The notes below the pieces were generated by a model, which ran no database searches, was not told the DNA's origin, and saw only the letters and a program-made list of their open reading frames with translations. Shown piece after piece: positions 1 through 10,500 of a stretch of 64,000 bases of DNA. Numbering within the stretch: the stretch's first letter is position 1; the number at the start of each line of letters is the position of its first letter. A program made the position numbers and the translations under genes. The stretch spans positions 1-64,000 of the forward strand of contig CAZSMK010000044.1 in NCBI GenBank assembly GCA_964608095.1, in the 5' to 3' direction. This stretch comes from an uncultured Candidatus Sumerlaeota bacterium (GTDB lineage Bacteria > Sumerlaeota > Sumerlaeia > MWCT01 > JAGHBZ01).

Positions 1-3000
1 TTCTTCCAGCACGCCTTTGCCAATGACCTCCCAGACAAGATGCATGCTGGCATCGTAGATATTTATGGTTACAAGGCCGACGCCTTTCTGGAATCCCCAC
101 AGCACCCCGGTGGCTGGATTGAAGGAAAGGGCATCCAGCATTGCGCCTGCACCGGTAGTGCCGATAAGGGTAAGGGCGCCGGTCTCTTTATCTACTTCAA
201 ACAGGTCGCCCGCATGACCCGCACCACCGGCGACAGCGAATAATCGTCCGCTGAATGGGTGCATGGCAAGCGACTCGAAGTCGTAGGACGGGTAGAGCGG
301 ACCGAGCGCGGTGAACTCAGCCGTGTCCAGATTGACCTTAAAGAACTGGCTATCGCTGGTGCCGAAATCCTGCACGCCGTAGACCAGATATTCACAGGGA
401 GGAGGAGTCGGGGTCGGCGTAGGCGTCTCGGTCGGCGTAGGCGTGGGTGTGGGAGTCTCGGTCGGGGTGGCAGTAGGAGTCGACGTAGGTGTCTCAGTAG
501 GCGTGGGAGTCGGGGTATCCGTTGGTGTCGGCGTGGGGGTATCTGTAGGCGTGGGAGTCGGGGTATCCGTTGGTGTTGGTGTGGGTGTTTCTGTTGGTGT
601 TGGAGTAGGTGTATCAGTCGGTGTCGGTGTCGGCGTCGGTGTGGGTTCTGGCTCCTCAATATACACAAAGTAGTCTTCCACTTCACCGTTCGCAACCGGC
701 TCGCCCTCGTATTGGGCGTTATCATAGCCGAGTCCCGGTACTGTAGAGAAGCGGAAACGTGTAAAGCTCAGACCCGCTATGGCATTGTCCGGAACCGGAA
801 ACGTAAGCATATTTGTACCCGGACTGAGCTGGAGGTCTATAAAGACATGCTCGCCCGCATCAGCCCAGGACTGGTTGATATTAAAGTCTATCCATGCGTT
901 GAGCAACCCCGTGGTACTGGCATCCACATAGAGAGTTGATGTAGTCCCGATGACGTGAGAGGTGATGAAGAATACGCCGTCTTCATCACTAATGTTGGAT
1001 AAATCGTCGCCAAGTGCGAATGGATGCGGTTGCCCGTCAAGCTCGGCATCGATGTTGGCGCCGAGATAGGTTACGTTATCAATAATATGCGAGGCGCCAA
1101 AGCTCGCCTTGAGCGTGGGATAACCGGGATCAGGTGCGTCGCCAAAATCAAGCTCGGGCGTGGGCGTCGGCGTTGGTGTCTCAGTCGGAGTAGGTGTGGG
1201 AGTATCCGTTGGCGTCGGCGTTGGGGTTTCAGTAGGTGTGGGGGTCGGCGTCTCGGTTGGTGTCGGGGTCGGTGTGTCAGTCGGCGTCGGTGTCGGCGTA
1301 GGTGTAGGCGTAGGCGTTACTATCTCAAGTTCATAATCCTCCACTTCACCGTTCGCAACCGGCTCGCCCTCGTATTGGGCGTTATCATAGCCGAGTCCCG
1401 GTACTGTGGAGAACCGGAACCGAGCAAAGGTGGTACCGGGTGATGCAGTAAACGGTATATATAATTGCAGGACATTGAGTCCCATATCGAGCATCATGTC
1501 GTTATACACATGTTCGCCGGCATCCGCCCATGACCCATTGATGTTGAAGTCGACCCATGTGTTCAGCAGGGCAGTGGTGCTGGCGTCCACATGGAGAGTT
1601 GACGTGGTACCTATAACGTGAGAGGTGACAAAGAGCACCCCATCTTCGTCGTCGATATTATTATTATCATCGCCAAGAGCCGAGGGGTGGGGTAAACCGT
1701 CGGATTCCCCGTCAACGGTGATACCGAGATACGTTACGTTATCAATAATATGCGACGCACCAAAGCTTGCCTGGAGCGTGGGATATGTCGGATCCGGCGC
1801 ATCGCCGAAATCAACTGCGGGTGTCGGCGTTGGTGTTGGTGTTGGTGTTTCAGTAGGCGTCGGCGTCGGGGTATCAGTCGGGGTTGGCGTAGGCGTATCT
1901 GTAGGCGTGGGTGTCGGTGTATCAGTAGGCGTAGGTGTTGGTGTTTCGGTCGGTGTAGGCGTCGGCGTCTCCGTAGGCGTCGGCGATGGTGTGGGAGTGG
2001 GAGCAGCTACAAGAATAACCGCGGTATCGCAATTATTGTCCGGATTGGGGTCTTCATTATCGGCAGCTGTAATGCAAGCCTCATTGACAATCCCCTGTCC
2101 CGCGGTTCCCACATCAACGTTTGCCGTAATAGTAAGGGTCGAACTTGCATCAACCGCGAGGGAGCCTGCAAACCAGATGTCTGTGGCGGGATTATATGTG
2201 CCCGTAGTGGCGGTTGAATCGACATAGGTGACACCGAGGGGGAGATTATCGGTCACATAAATACCGGTAGCGAGAGCGGGACCATGGTTATGGAGTCCGA
2301 TGGTGTACACAATATTTTCACCCTCCATCGGATACATATTGTCCACATCTTTAATGATTTCCAGATCGGCATCATCTTCAACATCGACTTCAATGGTGAG
2401 GACCTGGAAATCCCCATTATAATGAAAGCTGTTCCCTGAAAAGTCGGTGATAATACCCGCTATGGTAAGAGGAGTCGGAGAAAGTGCGAGCACCTCTACA
2501 GTGTAGACCGTGGTGACCGTGCCGCCAACCTTATCTGACCCGAAATCAGGATTCGTGCCGGTACATTGCATGTAAGTCGGACTACCCGGATCGTTATCCC
2601 ACAAGCAGGCGTCGGCATAAAGTTTGTCATTTGTTGCGCCGGCAGGCGCAGTGTAGGTGGTATACGTTGAGACAATCCTGAAAATAGTATTGGGGAAATT
2701 AGCGAACGTAGTAAGCTGCCCATATCCTTGAGGGGCGGTATCAGAAAGCAAGGTGAATTGATAAATCCCACCGACGTAAACAGTGGAAGGACCAGTAAGA
2801 CTGAGGACCGAGTTTCTTGCCTGTGAAAGAAAAGCCTCCACAACATAAAGTTCGCGTGGAGTCGGCGTGCTGGCGACCCCGATAAAGTTATCCGCAGTCA
2901 CCTCGATATGGTACGAGCGCGTGGTGTCAAACGCGGCTGCAGTCCGTGTGACTTCCGCAGTGTAATAAAAATCCTGGTGCTCGCTCGGGAGAAGCATGGG

Positions 3001-3285
3001 GAGCGTGAGCACCATATTATCATTGATATTGATATACGGGTTAGCGCTATCCCAGACGAACGTGGAAACCACATTAAGGGCTGCCTCGTCGCCTGTATTG
3101 GTAACCCGAGCACCGACGATGAATTCCGACGGTCCTTCTGTCGCAGGGTTATTGTGGTCAAGCCCGATGACGTTCCACGTTATCGGCTCGACCGTAAATG
3201 TTACCGCTCCATAGCCCAAGGCTACAAAAGAAAAAAGCATCAAACAAACAATCATACTTTTTTTGCTAAAGATATTTCCTGACAT
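1..3285 (-). CDS. Large secreted multidomain protein, partial (C-terminus beyond window start). Signal peptide, adhesin-like N-terminal region, three (Thr-Pro)n linkers and two tandem ~165-aa GEVED-like modules.
   Basis: Reverse-strand frame is open from ATG at 3285..3283 to the window edge. GGAGG lies 7 nt upstream of the start. N-terminus [24 protein letters not shown] looks like a signal peptide. Two modules end in the motif GEVEDY. TPTPTP linkers are encoded at ~397-657, 1156-1318 and 1816-2010. The ORF track misses it because it has no stop in the window. Confidence 0.8.
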   Translation of the reverse strand, partial: MSGNIFSKKSMIVCLMLFSFVALGYGAVTFTVEPITWNVIGLDHNNPATEGPSEFIVGARVTNTGDEAALNVVSTFVWDSANPYININDNMVLTLPMLLPSEHQDFYYTAEVTRTAAAFDTTRSYHIEVTADNFIGVASTPTPRELYVVEAFLSQARNSVLSLTGPSTVYVGGIYQFTLLSDTAPQGYGQLTTFANFPNTIFRIVSTYTTYTAPAGATNDKLYADACLWDNDPGSPTYMQCTGTNPDFGSDKVGGTVTTVYTVEVLALSPTPLTIAGIITDFSGNSFHYNGDFQVLTIEVDVEDDADLEIIKDVDNMYPMEGENIVYTIGLHNHGPALATGIYVTDNLPLGVTYVDSTATTGTYNPATDIWFAGSLAVDASSTLTITANVDVGTAGQGIVNEACITAADNEDPNPDNNCDTAVILVAAPTPTPSPTPTETPTPTPTETPTPTPTDTPTPTPTDTPTPTPTDTPTPTPTETPTPTPTPTPAVDFGDAPDPTYPTLQASFGASHIIDNVTYLGITVDGESDGLPHPSALGDDNNNIDDEDGVLFVTSHVIGTTSTLHVDASTTALLNTWVDFNINGSWADAGEHVYNDMMLDMGLNVLQLYIPFTASPGTTFARFRFSTVPGLGYDNAQYEGEPVANGEVEDYELEIVTPTPTPTPTPTPTDTPTPTPTETPTPTPTETPTPTPTDTPTPTPTETPTPTPTPELDFGDAPDPGYPTLKASFGASHIIDNVTYLGANIDAELDGQPHPFALGDDLSNISDEDGVFFITSHVIGTTSTLYVDASTTGLLNAWIDFNINQSWADAGEHVFIDLQLSPGTNMLTFPVPDNAIAGLSFTRFRFSTVPGLGYDNAQYEGEPVANGEVEDYFVYIEEPEPTPTPTPTPTDTPTPTPTETPTPTPTDTPTPTPTDTPTPTPTDTPTPTPTETPTSTPTATPTETPTPTPTPTETPTPTPTPPPCEYLVYGVQDFGTSDSQFFKVNLDTAEFTALGPLYPSYDFESLAMHPFSGRLFAVAGGAGHAGDLFEVDKETGALTLIGTTGAGAMLDALSFNPATGVLWGFQKGVGLVTINIYDASMHLVWEVIGKGVLEE
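397..657 (-). repeat. Low-complexity (ACNCCN)n DNA encoding a (Thr-Pro/Glu/Asp)n interdomain linker. Similar linkers at 1156-1318, 1816-2010, 8531-8566, 8966-9003 and 23808-23935.
   Basis: Visible GGNGTNGG periodicity on the + strand. The reverse frame reads [16 protein letters not shown]. The + strand gives spurious GVGVGV ORFs. Confidence 0.85.
660..1817 (-). repeat. Intragenic tandem duplication, period ~665 bp (two GEVED-like modules), with 75-90-nt near-identical stretches.
   Basis: 661-770 vs 1321-1430 share ~75 identical nt. 1066-1152 vs 1731-1817 are ~88% identical. 881-1000 vs 1541-1660 are ~80% identical. Confidence 0.8.
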
Positions 3286-4178
3286 TTTGCCATCCTCCTT
3301 TTTTTCTTCACTTCAGTATATTTCCATACACAAAGTTGTTTTCCATACGCTGGTAAATTGATTAAAGCAAGATTAAAATACCAACAATGTTTTACTTTAT
3401 CAGAATAAGTATTTAAATTCTATCGTCCGGCTTTAATCTATATATAGAGATGTCCCCTTTCTCTCCATCGGCCTATAGACAACATACTTTATATCGTCAA
3501 ACCTTATTTTCAACTTAAGAGAATAATTTAGTTAAGATTTTATCACGTTGAGAGATTGACAGGTAGCAGGTATAATAAAAAGATGAATACCCCAGGTAAA
3601 AAACGCCGGAAGAAGGATTCAGCTCGAAAATGTAATCTTCAGATAGAGGCATGATGCAGGATAAAGCCGGAAGCCGTTATATTTCCCAGAAGTTCAAAGC
3701 ATTACTTGCAGTTTGTGTGACTATAGCCTCGCTTTACGCGTCATATCGCGCCCAGACCGCATATAAATCAGCAGGGCTGGTTTACGACCTATTTTGGAGA
3801 GTACTCTAAGTTAATAGATCCGAGATTGCTTCAGCTTGGTTCTTTGGGACTGCTACTCAACGCACCTCAACAATTCTTGTGCACGCAGCTGAGTAGGGTC
3901 GTTCGGCCCGAACGACCCCTGGCGGTAAAGACTTGACATGCACTGCAATCCACTGGCATGGGCTGAATGAGTTCTGGGTACTCTCAGAAACAAAAGAGCT
4001 GCTTCTCCTCCCGCAAATCTCTTAAGTAACAATGGTTCAATTCATTTACAAAATATCAAGAAACATATTGCAAGCCTTTTTGGTATGTTTAAAATAGAAT
4101 ATGTCTACTATGTTAAACTTTTTCTAAGCTCATATAGATAGGGAAATTTTCCATTTACCCTGAAAAGAAAGGAGATAA

Positions 4179-6062
4179 ATGGCCATGAAAAAAAGCATTG
4201 TAGCGCCATGGATTGTGTTATTATGTTTGCTAACATTCGTAGGACTCGCTGAAACCATTGTCATCGACAACAAATCAGCGGATTACACTACTACAGGTTC
4301 ATGGACAGAGGGGTCGTATGCCGGCTATCATGTAACCAATTATCACTTCACCGACACAGTAACAGGAACCGCAACGCATGAAGCGTCCTGGTCGCCAACA
4401 CTCTCGTCATCAGGCACTTATGAAGTATTCGTGTGGTATGTCGAGGGCACCAACCGTCCAACTGACGCTGAATATACTGTCAATCATAGCAGCGGTTCGA
4501 CAACGGTCTATGTAGATCAAACCACGAACGGTTCCCAATGGTACTCGTTGGGGAGTTACAGTTTTCCTGCAAGCGGCGGCTCGGTCGTGCTGAGCAACCA
4601 TTCGAGCACAAGCGGGAAAGCCGTGATCGCGGATGCGGTGAAATTGGTGCGGTCAGGCACCAGTTACGGAGACCTTTACCAGGGGATGTGGATTTATGCC
4701 TGGGGGGCGGGAATTCTTTCCGAGTCGCAGACCAATACCATGATAAGCACGGCACGTGACAATTATCTCAATATCATCTTCCCACAGGTGCGAAAAACAG
4801 GGGATGCGTATTATATAAGCGCGACTGAACCGCGTGGAACCAATATAGACCCCACTTATGAGGATCCCCTCGCCGATATCCTCCAAAAAGCGCATGATAC
4901 ATCAGGGGGTAAACAATTCATCGAGGTGCATGCATGGATCGTGCCGTACCGTGTATGGAATACCTCATTAGGCGACTATCCCACAAGTCATGTGCTTGCG
5001 GAACACCCTGAATGGAAAAACGAAACCTATAACGGCGACACACAAGACAGCGGGGGTAACACATATCTCGATCCCGGCGTACCCGATGCCATGGATTACG
5101 TGGTTGACGTGGTGAAAGAAATCGTTCAGAACTATGACGTGGACGGAATCCACTTTGATTATATTCGTTATCCGGGAAATACGTGGGGGTATAACACGAC
5201 AGCAATCAATCGTTTCAACACGCTTTATGGCAAAGCGGGAAAACCCTCTACCAGCGATCCTGATTTTTGCGATTTTCGACGCGACCAGATTTTCTTCCTG
5301 GCACGTAAAGCCTATGTCGCCGTGAAAGAGATCGACTGGGATTGCAAGATGTCGGCAGCAACGGTACAATGGGGCTCATACGGCGGGGATTTTACGGCGA
5401 CCTCCGCCTATACAAGCGTGTTCCAGGATTGGCCCAAATTTATGAGTGAAGGCGCCATGGATATGAACGTGCTCATGAACTACAAACGGGAACACCTGAC
5501 GGATCAAGCACAGGATTACCGAGACTGGTGCAATTTCCTTGCCTCGTCGAAGGCGGGGCGTCACGCCGTGAATGGACCGGGTGTGTATATGAATAGCATC
5601 GAGAACAGCGTTACACAAACCCTTTTCGGCATGGACACAACGGGAATTGACGGCACCAATTTTTACGTATATCACATGACAAACATGGACGGCGACCCGG
5701 CGGATGATTTCTGGTATACCATGCGGGCTGATTGCTATACACAGCAACGCAATGTACCCGCCGCTTCATGGCTTGACAGCCCACCACACGGAATCCTGAA
5801 AGGATATGTCACGAGCGGAAGCACCGATCTGGACGGTGCAACGGTCACGCTTTCCGACGGCGCGACCGATCAGTCACCTGCAGACGGCACAGGTTTCTAT
5901 GCATTCTTGAAACTCGCACCCGGAAGCTACACCGCTACCGCATCGGCAACAGGATATAATCCATTGGCAAAACCGGTTACCATTACCGCAGGAACAATAA
6001 CCACGGTGAACTTCGACCTGACATTGGTTCCCGTAGAACTAAGCGAGTTTACCATAGAATAG
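4179..6062 (+). CDS. Secreted glycoside-hydrolase-like family 10 (GHL10, PF02638-like) protein with N-terminal beta-sandwich domain and C-terminal carboxypeptidase-regulatory-like domain.
   Basis: RBS AAAGGAGA lies before the ATG. Signal peptide is present. Motif DVDGIHFDYIRYP matches YngK/YddW-type GHL10. N-terminal 160 aa are ~60% identical to the N-terminus of the 22824..25769 protein. A hairpin terminator follows. Confidence 0.85.
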   Translation: MAMKKSIVAPWIVLLCLLTFVGLAETIVIDNKSADYTTTGSWTEGSYAGYHVTNYHFTDTVTGTATHEASWSPTLSSSGTYEVFVWYVEGTNRPTDAEYTVNHSSGSTTVYVDQTTNGSQWYSLGSYSFPASGGSVVLSNHSSTSGKAVIADAVKLVRSGTSYGDLYQGMWIYAWGAGILSESQTNTMISTARDNYLNIIFPQVRKTGDAYYISATEPRGTNIDPTYEDPLADILQKAHDTSGGKQFIEVHAWIVPYRVWNTSLGDYPTSHVLAEHPEWKNETYNGDTQDSGGNTYLDPGVPDAMDYVVDVVKEIVQNYDVDGIHFDYIRYPGNTWGYNTTAINRFNTLYGKAGKPSTSDPDFCDFRRDQIFFLARKAYVAVKEIDWDCKMSAATVQWGSYGGDFTATSAYTSVFQDWPKFMSEGAMDMNVLMNYKREHLTDQAQDYRDWCNFLASSKAGRHAVNGPGVYMNSIENSVTQTLFGMDTTGIDGTNFYVYHMTNMDGDPADDFWYTMRADCYTQQRNVPAASWLDSPPHGILKGYVTSGSTDLDGATVTLSDGATDQSPADGTGFYAFLKLAPGSYTATASATGYNPLAKPVTITAGTITTVNFDLTLVPVELSEFTIE

Positions 6063-6088
6063 CAAAACTGAACTTTTGTCTACAGACC

Positions 6089-6125
6089 GCCATGGCAACG
6101 TCATATTCGCCATGGCGGTTTTTCA
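6089..6125 (+). terminator. Rho-independent terminator
   Basis: Stem CCGCCATGGC / GCCATGGCGG with a 12-nt loop, followed by TTTTTC. Confidence 0.7.
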
Positions 6126-6376
6126 CTTCGAAAATGATGGTATCCATCAAACGCCGCTCCTTCCTTGAGAACTCATTATAATTGACGAGCTATATTGAAA
6201 TGAGTACTATAGGCATTCATAGGCTAAGGGAAAGTGTATACAAGTCCAGAAGTATAATGAGAGAAAAAAGAGCCGGTATCCCTGAAGAAAGTCAAAACTG
6301 ACTGCGCTTCAGATTGGAAATATGAGAACATATGTATGGATCCTGTAAATTTGGATGTTCTGAAGGCATCTGAAAA

Positions 6377-7522
6377 ATGCGACTGCTCAAAAAAATACTG
6401 CTGGCAATGGATTTCACACCATCCTCGCGTAGCGCTTTAACCACTGCACTATCAATAGCGAACTTGTTCGAGTCGGAAATTCATGTGATCCATGTCGTTC
6501 CGGAAAAAAAAGCCACCACTAAAGGGCAGGACGTTGTCAGGATGGAAATGCTCAATAAGGTGCAGATGCTTTTGCAAGAAGTTGAGGATAAAGGTATCAA
6601 ATTCGAAGCCCCGATTGTTTCGTTTGGAATTCCCTGGAACGAAATACATAAACAAGCCCTGAATCTTGATGCTAATGTAATTATGCTGGGATATGGAGAC
6701 AAGAAAGAGGGCGGCAAATATTCACTCGGTGTTACCTCTGAAAAACTAATTCAAAAAGCGCTTAAACCTGTCTGGATTGTTTCACCTGAGACGCGGGATA
6801 CGATTGAAACAATCCTGTGCCCGGTAGATTTCTCTGGTCATTCGCGTCGCGGTCTTATTAATGCAATTCACCTTGCGCGTTATGTACATGCCGAGCTGGT
6901 TATCATGATGGTTATTCAACCCTTGAGTAACTTTTATGCCGGAGTGGGAAGGGTGAGCCCGAGAGAGGAAGAGGGGTATCTGAAAGAGATCAAAACGCAC
7001 CTCGAGAAATTTCTCAACGGGTTCGATATGGCGGAGGTTTCCTATAAAAGCATCATCCGACAAGGGAAAATACACCAGGAGATACTCGAGACTGCCCGAG
7101 CAGAGAAAGCGGGCCTTATCATCATGGGCGTGGAACAAAGAACCGGTCTTACCCGCCTTCTCACCGGTGGTGTTGCAGAACGAATTCTCAGCGACCTGCC
7201 CTGCTCCTTTATAACGGTAAAAGGTGAAGATGCAATTCGGTTACAGGTGGATACAGAGATTGGGGACATGAAGGCTCATTACGAGCAAGGACAGGAGCTA
7301 TTGAAGAAGGGATTCCCGAAAGAGGCGGTGCGCGAGTTTGAGATGTGCACGGAGATCGATCCGATGAACATGGCGGCATGGGAGGCATTAGCACAGGCGC
7401 ATCAACGCCTGGGGAACCTCGATCACGCAGACAAATATTTCAACAAGGCAAAGAATATCCAGCGTGAAAAATGGGAGCAGCAGGTTGCAACTGAAGTTAA
7501 GCAAGGACTCCTCAAACATTAA
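6377..7522 (+). CDS. Tandem universal stress protein (UspA) domains with C-terminal TPR-like helical tail.
   Basis: Two Usp-like halves (IHVIHVV...; LVIMMVIQP...GLIIMGVEQR). Tail AWEALAQAHQRLGNLDHADKYFNKAKNI is TPR-like. Confidence 0.75.
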   Translation: MRLLKKILLAMDFTPSSRSALTTALSIANLFESEIHVIHVVPEKKATTKGQDVVRMEMLNKVQMLLQEVEDKGIKFEAPIVSFGIPWNEIHKQALNLDANVIMLGYGDKKEGGKYSLGVTSEKLIQKALKPVWIVSPETRDTIETILCPVDFSGHSRRGLINAIHLARYVHAELVIMMVIQPLSNFYAGVGRVSPREEEGYLKEIKTHLEKFLNGFDMAEVSYKSIIRQGKIHQEILETARAEKAGLIIMGVEQRTGLTRLLTGGVAERILSDLPCSFITVKGEDAIRLQVDTEIGDMKAHYEQGQELLKKGFPKEAVREFEMCTEIDPMNMAAWEALAQAHQRLGNLDHADKYFNKAKNIQREKWEQQVATEVKQGLLKH

Positions 7523-7545
7523 AACCACATTTTCCCGTAAGATGC

Positions 7546-10500
7546 TCAGGGAGTGATGGTCACTTCGTCCATGGCGACGGAATTGAGATACAGGGAAGAA
7601 TATACATCGTCATTGGCGTCGAAACTGAGCATATCAAACGAAAGAAGAAGGGCGTCGTCACCAGTTCCCGCGACCAAAGGGTCAAGATAGACGTTATACA
7701 TTTTAGGATTGTCAATTGATGGTGCGTTACTGAGAAAACTATTCACGTTTCTGCTCCATGCAGACCACGAGCCTCTTTGATTGTGCCTGAGCCGGAACTG
7801 AACCGCCTTATCGGGGAAATCAACGCTGCTCTCGATTTCCCACTTTACTCGATAGACTTTGCCGTTCTGGATAGCAACATCGGGGCTGTACCAATACGAG
7901 AACGCATTGGCGGAGCCTTCGGGATTGAGCCCGATTTTACCAAACATGGTGATAGATGCCGGTGAATCGAATCCTCCCACAGTCCCCTGGAACACCCAGG
8001 CGTCAGTTCCCGAGACAAAGTCGTAATTCAACACCTTGCTACCCGGCGTTACATAGACCTCCTCGACAATCATCTGATTGAGAAAGGTCCATGAACCGAT
8101 ATCGTCATTTGCGTCGAAACTCAGAATGTCGAACGACAACACCACGAGATGATCATCGCTCAAGCTGCTTACGGCAGGGTCAAGGAAGAGGGTGTATATT
8201 TTCTGATTTCCGTCAGCGGGTGCGATTGAGAGATTACTGTTGACGTTTCGTTCCCAGCCGGACCATGCAGATTTCTGATTCGCGCGAAGCCGGAACTGAA
8301 CGGCATAATCTGGATTCGAGGTGGTGCTTCCCACAAGCCAGCGCGCACGATACAACCTGCCGTTCTTTACTGTAACATCGGGACTGAACCAGTAGGAGAA
8401 AGCATGAGAAGAACTCCCGGGAGATAAGCCAAGGACACCGTTTGACGCGGTATGGAGAGGCAGATCGAACGGACTAACCTGTCCTGCGAACTGCCATCCC
8501 TCGGCGCCGCTATCAAAGGTATAATACGCCGCAGGAGTAGGGATAGGCGTGGGAGTTGGAGTACCCATGCCGAACTCCACCCTGTCGAGCCATCCACAGT
8601 CGGAACCCGAGGCACTCTCGTCATCTTTCTGATACCACCACATAACAGGATAGGAGCCGGTATCTATTGCGTAAACTCGCTGACTCCAGTCTACCTCACC
8701 GCTTATCGATTCCTGTTCAACGCCATCAATATAAAACCTTAGAAAATCATGGTCTTCCTGTGAAGAAACTTTCCAATAAAAGCGCAGAGTGCCGGGTCCC
8801 TCCAGGGTAGTATAAATACGTGTGTATTTACTATCGGTTATGGGTGCACTTTGCGCTGCATCTCCATCGTAATAATAGGTCTGGAACGTAGGCATCCAAT
8901 CGCCGAATCCGGCGGTATCCCATGTAAGCAAGAGATTATCTACGGCTTCGCCGAGTGAAAGAGAAGGAGTGGGCGTAGGGGTAGGCGTAGGGGTGGGAAC
9001 CTGTCCTGGAGCAAATTCCACTTTATCGAGCCATGCACAATCGTCGTGATCGCTGAACGCATTATCTTTTTTGTACGTCCATGTTACGGTGTGATTACCG
9101 GGTTGGATGGGAAAAATCACCTGCTGCCAATCAACCTCACCGTTGATGCTCTCGATCTGCTCGCCATCAACATAGAATGCCACGTAATCCCAATACCACT
9201 GGCAGGAGACTTTCCAATAGAAGCTGAGCATTCCCGGTCCGGTAATGGATGTCGAAAGGGTAGATTGCTGGTTGTGCGAAATGGTTCCGCTGCGAGCGGC
9301 ATCGCCGCCGTATAAGTATACCTGGGTTTGTCCAAACCACTGCGCATTGCCTGATGTATTCCAGATAAAAGAAGTGTTGTCGAGCGCTTCGCCGAGAGAG
9401 GGACTTCCCGTAAACGAGACCTTGTCAACCCATCCGCAATCCAATCCTCCCGTGCCGGTGGCGTCCTTGTAATAAATCCAGCGGATAGTATGTTGTCCTG
9501 CATCGATAAGTTGTGTCTTCTCACGCCATGACGAAAGGAGCCAGCCGCTGATTTTTTCCTTGAGTACACTGTCCACGTAAAATTCGAGGTAGTCGTGACC
9601 GAGCTCAGATGAGACACGCCACCAGAAATTCAATGTTCCCGGTCCATTGATGGTTGTCTCGAGATAACTGCCCTGGTTATGAGAAACCGCGCCGCTTCGC
9701 GCTGCATCGAATCCATAGTAATACGAGTCCTGTTGTCCCGCCCAAAAGCCGCTCCCGTAAGTTGACCAGGAAAGTGAGGTATTGTCGACTGCCTCGCCCA
9801 ACGTTAAATTATCCGGGAAGAATTGCACGCGGTCGAGCCATCCATAATCGGTAGTATCGGAATATAAGGAGTACTCCCAACTCAGGACATGGGGACCCGG
9901 TGGAATGATAAATGTTTCCTGTTCCCACGAATTTTCATACGTCCATCCCTTGTTTACCCCATCGATGTAAAAATAGAAATCACCGCTGTAAGATATGTCG
10001 GAATCACGCCAGTAAAAGCTCAATGTACCGGGACCTGAAACCGACGTTTCGATGATGGATACCTGGTCTTTAGAAAGGGAGCCGGACTGAACGGCATCGC
10101 CTGCGTAGTAATAGGTTGAAGTCTGATTAAACCAGAGTGCGTCACCACGTGAAGTCCAGGGAAGAATTATGTTATCCACGCCATCGGCAAGCGAAGAGAT
10201 ACTGAAATTCACTTTATCGACATATCCCTGATCGAATCCGGCAGAGGCGGAGGCGTTTTTCTGGTAGTTCCAGAGGAGGGTGTGAGAACCGGCGGGTATG
10301 TCGTACGTCATCGGTTGCCAATCGACTTCGCCGCTGATCTCATCCTCAACTACACTATCAATCAGAAACTGGAGATAATCACCGCCCGGTTCCGATGATA
10401 CCTTCCAATAGAAGGATAATGTTCCCGGTCCTGTAACCGTTGTGTGCATGTAAGAATTCTGGTTGTCGGATATTTTGTAGCTTCGCGCAGCGTCGCCGCC

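Noticed and set aside
259-2227. Plus-strand ORFs 259-939, 443-673, 1024-1443, 1625-2227 and 1750-2217, and likewise 23812-24000 (GVGVGV..., Arg/Cys-rich).
   Set aside because: They are antisense or off-frame readings of (ACNCCN)n Thr-Pro linker DNA inside well-supported reverse-strand genes.
7549-8530. Interpreting the novel C-terminal module as a Bacteroidetes T9SS C-terminal sorting domain.
   Set aside because: T9SS CTDs are single, ~70-100 aa, and strictly terminal. This module is ~160 aa, tandem, and the A copy is internal. I left it as an open alternative to be tested by HMM rather than asserting it.
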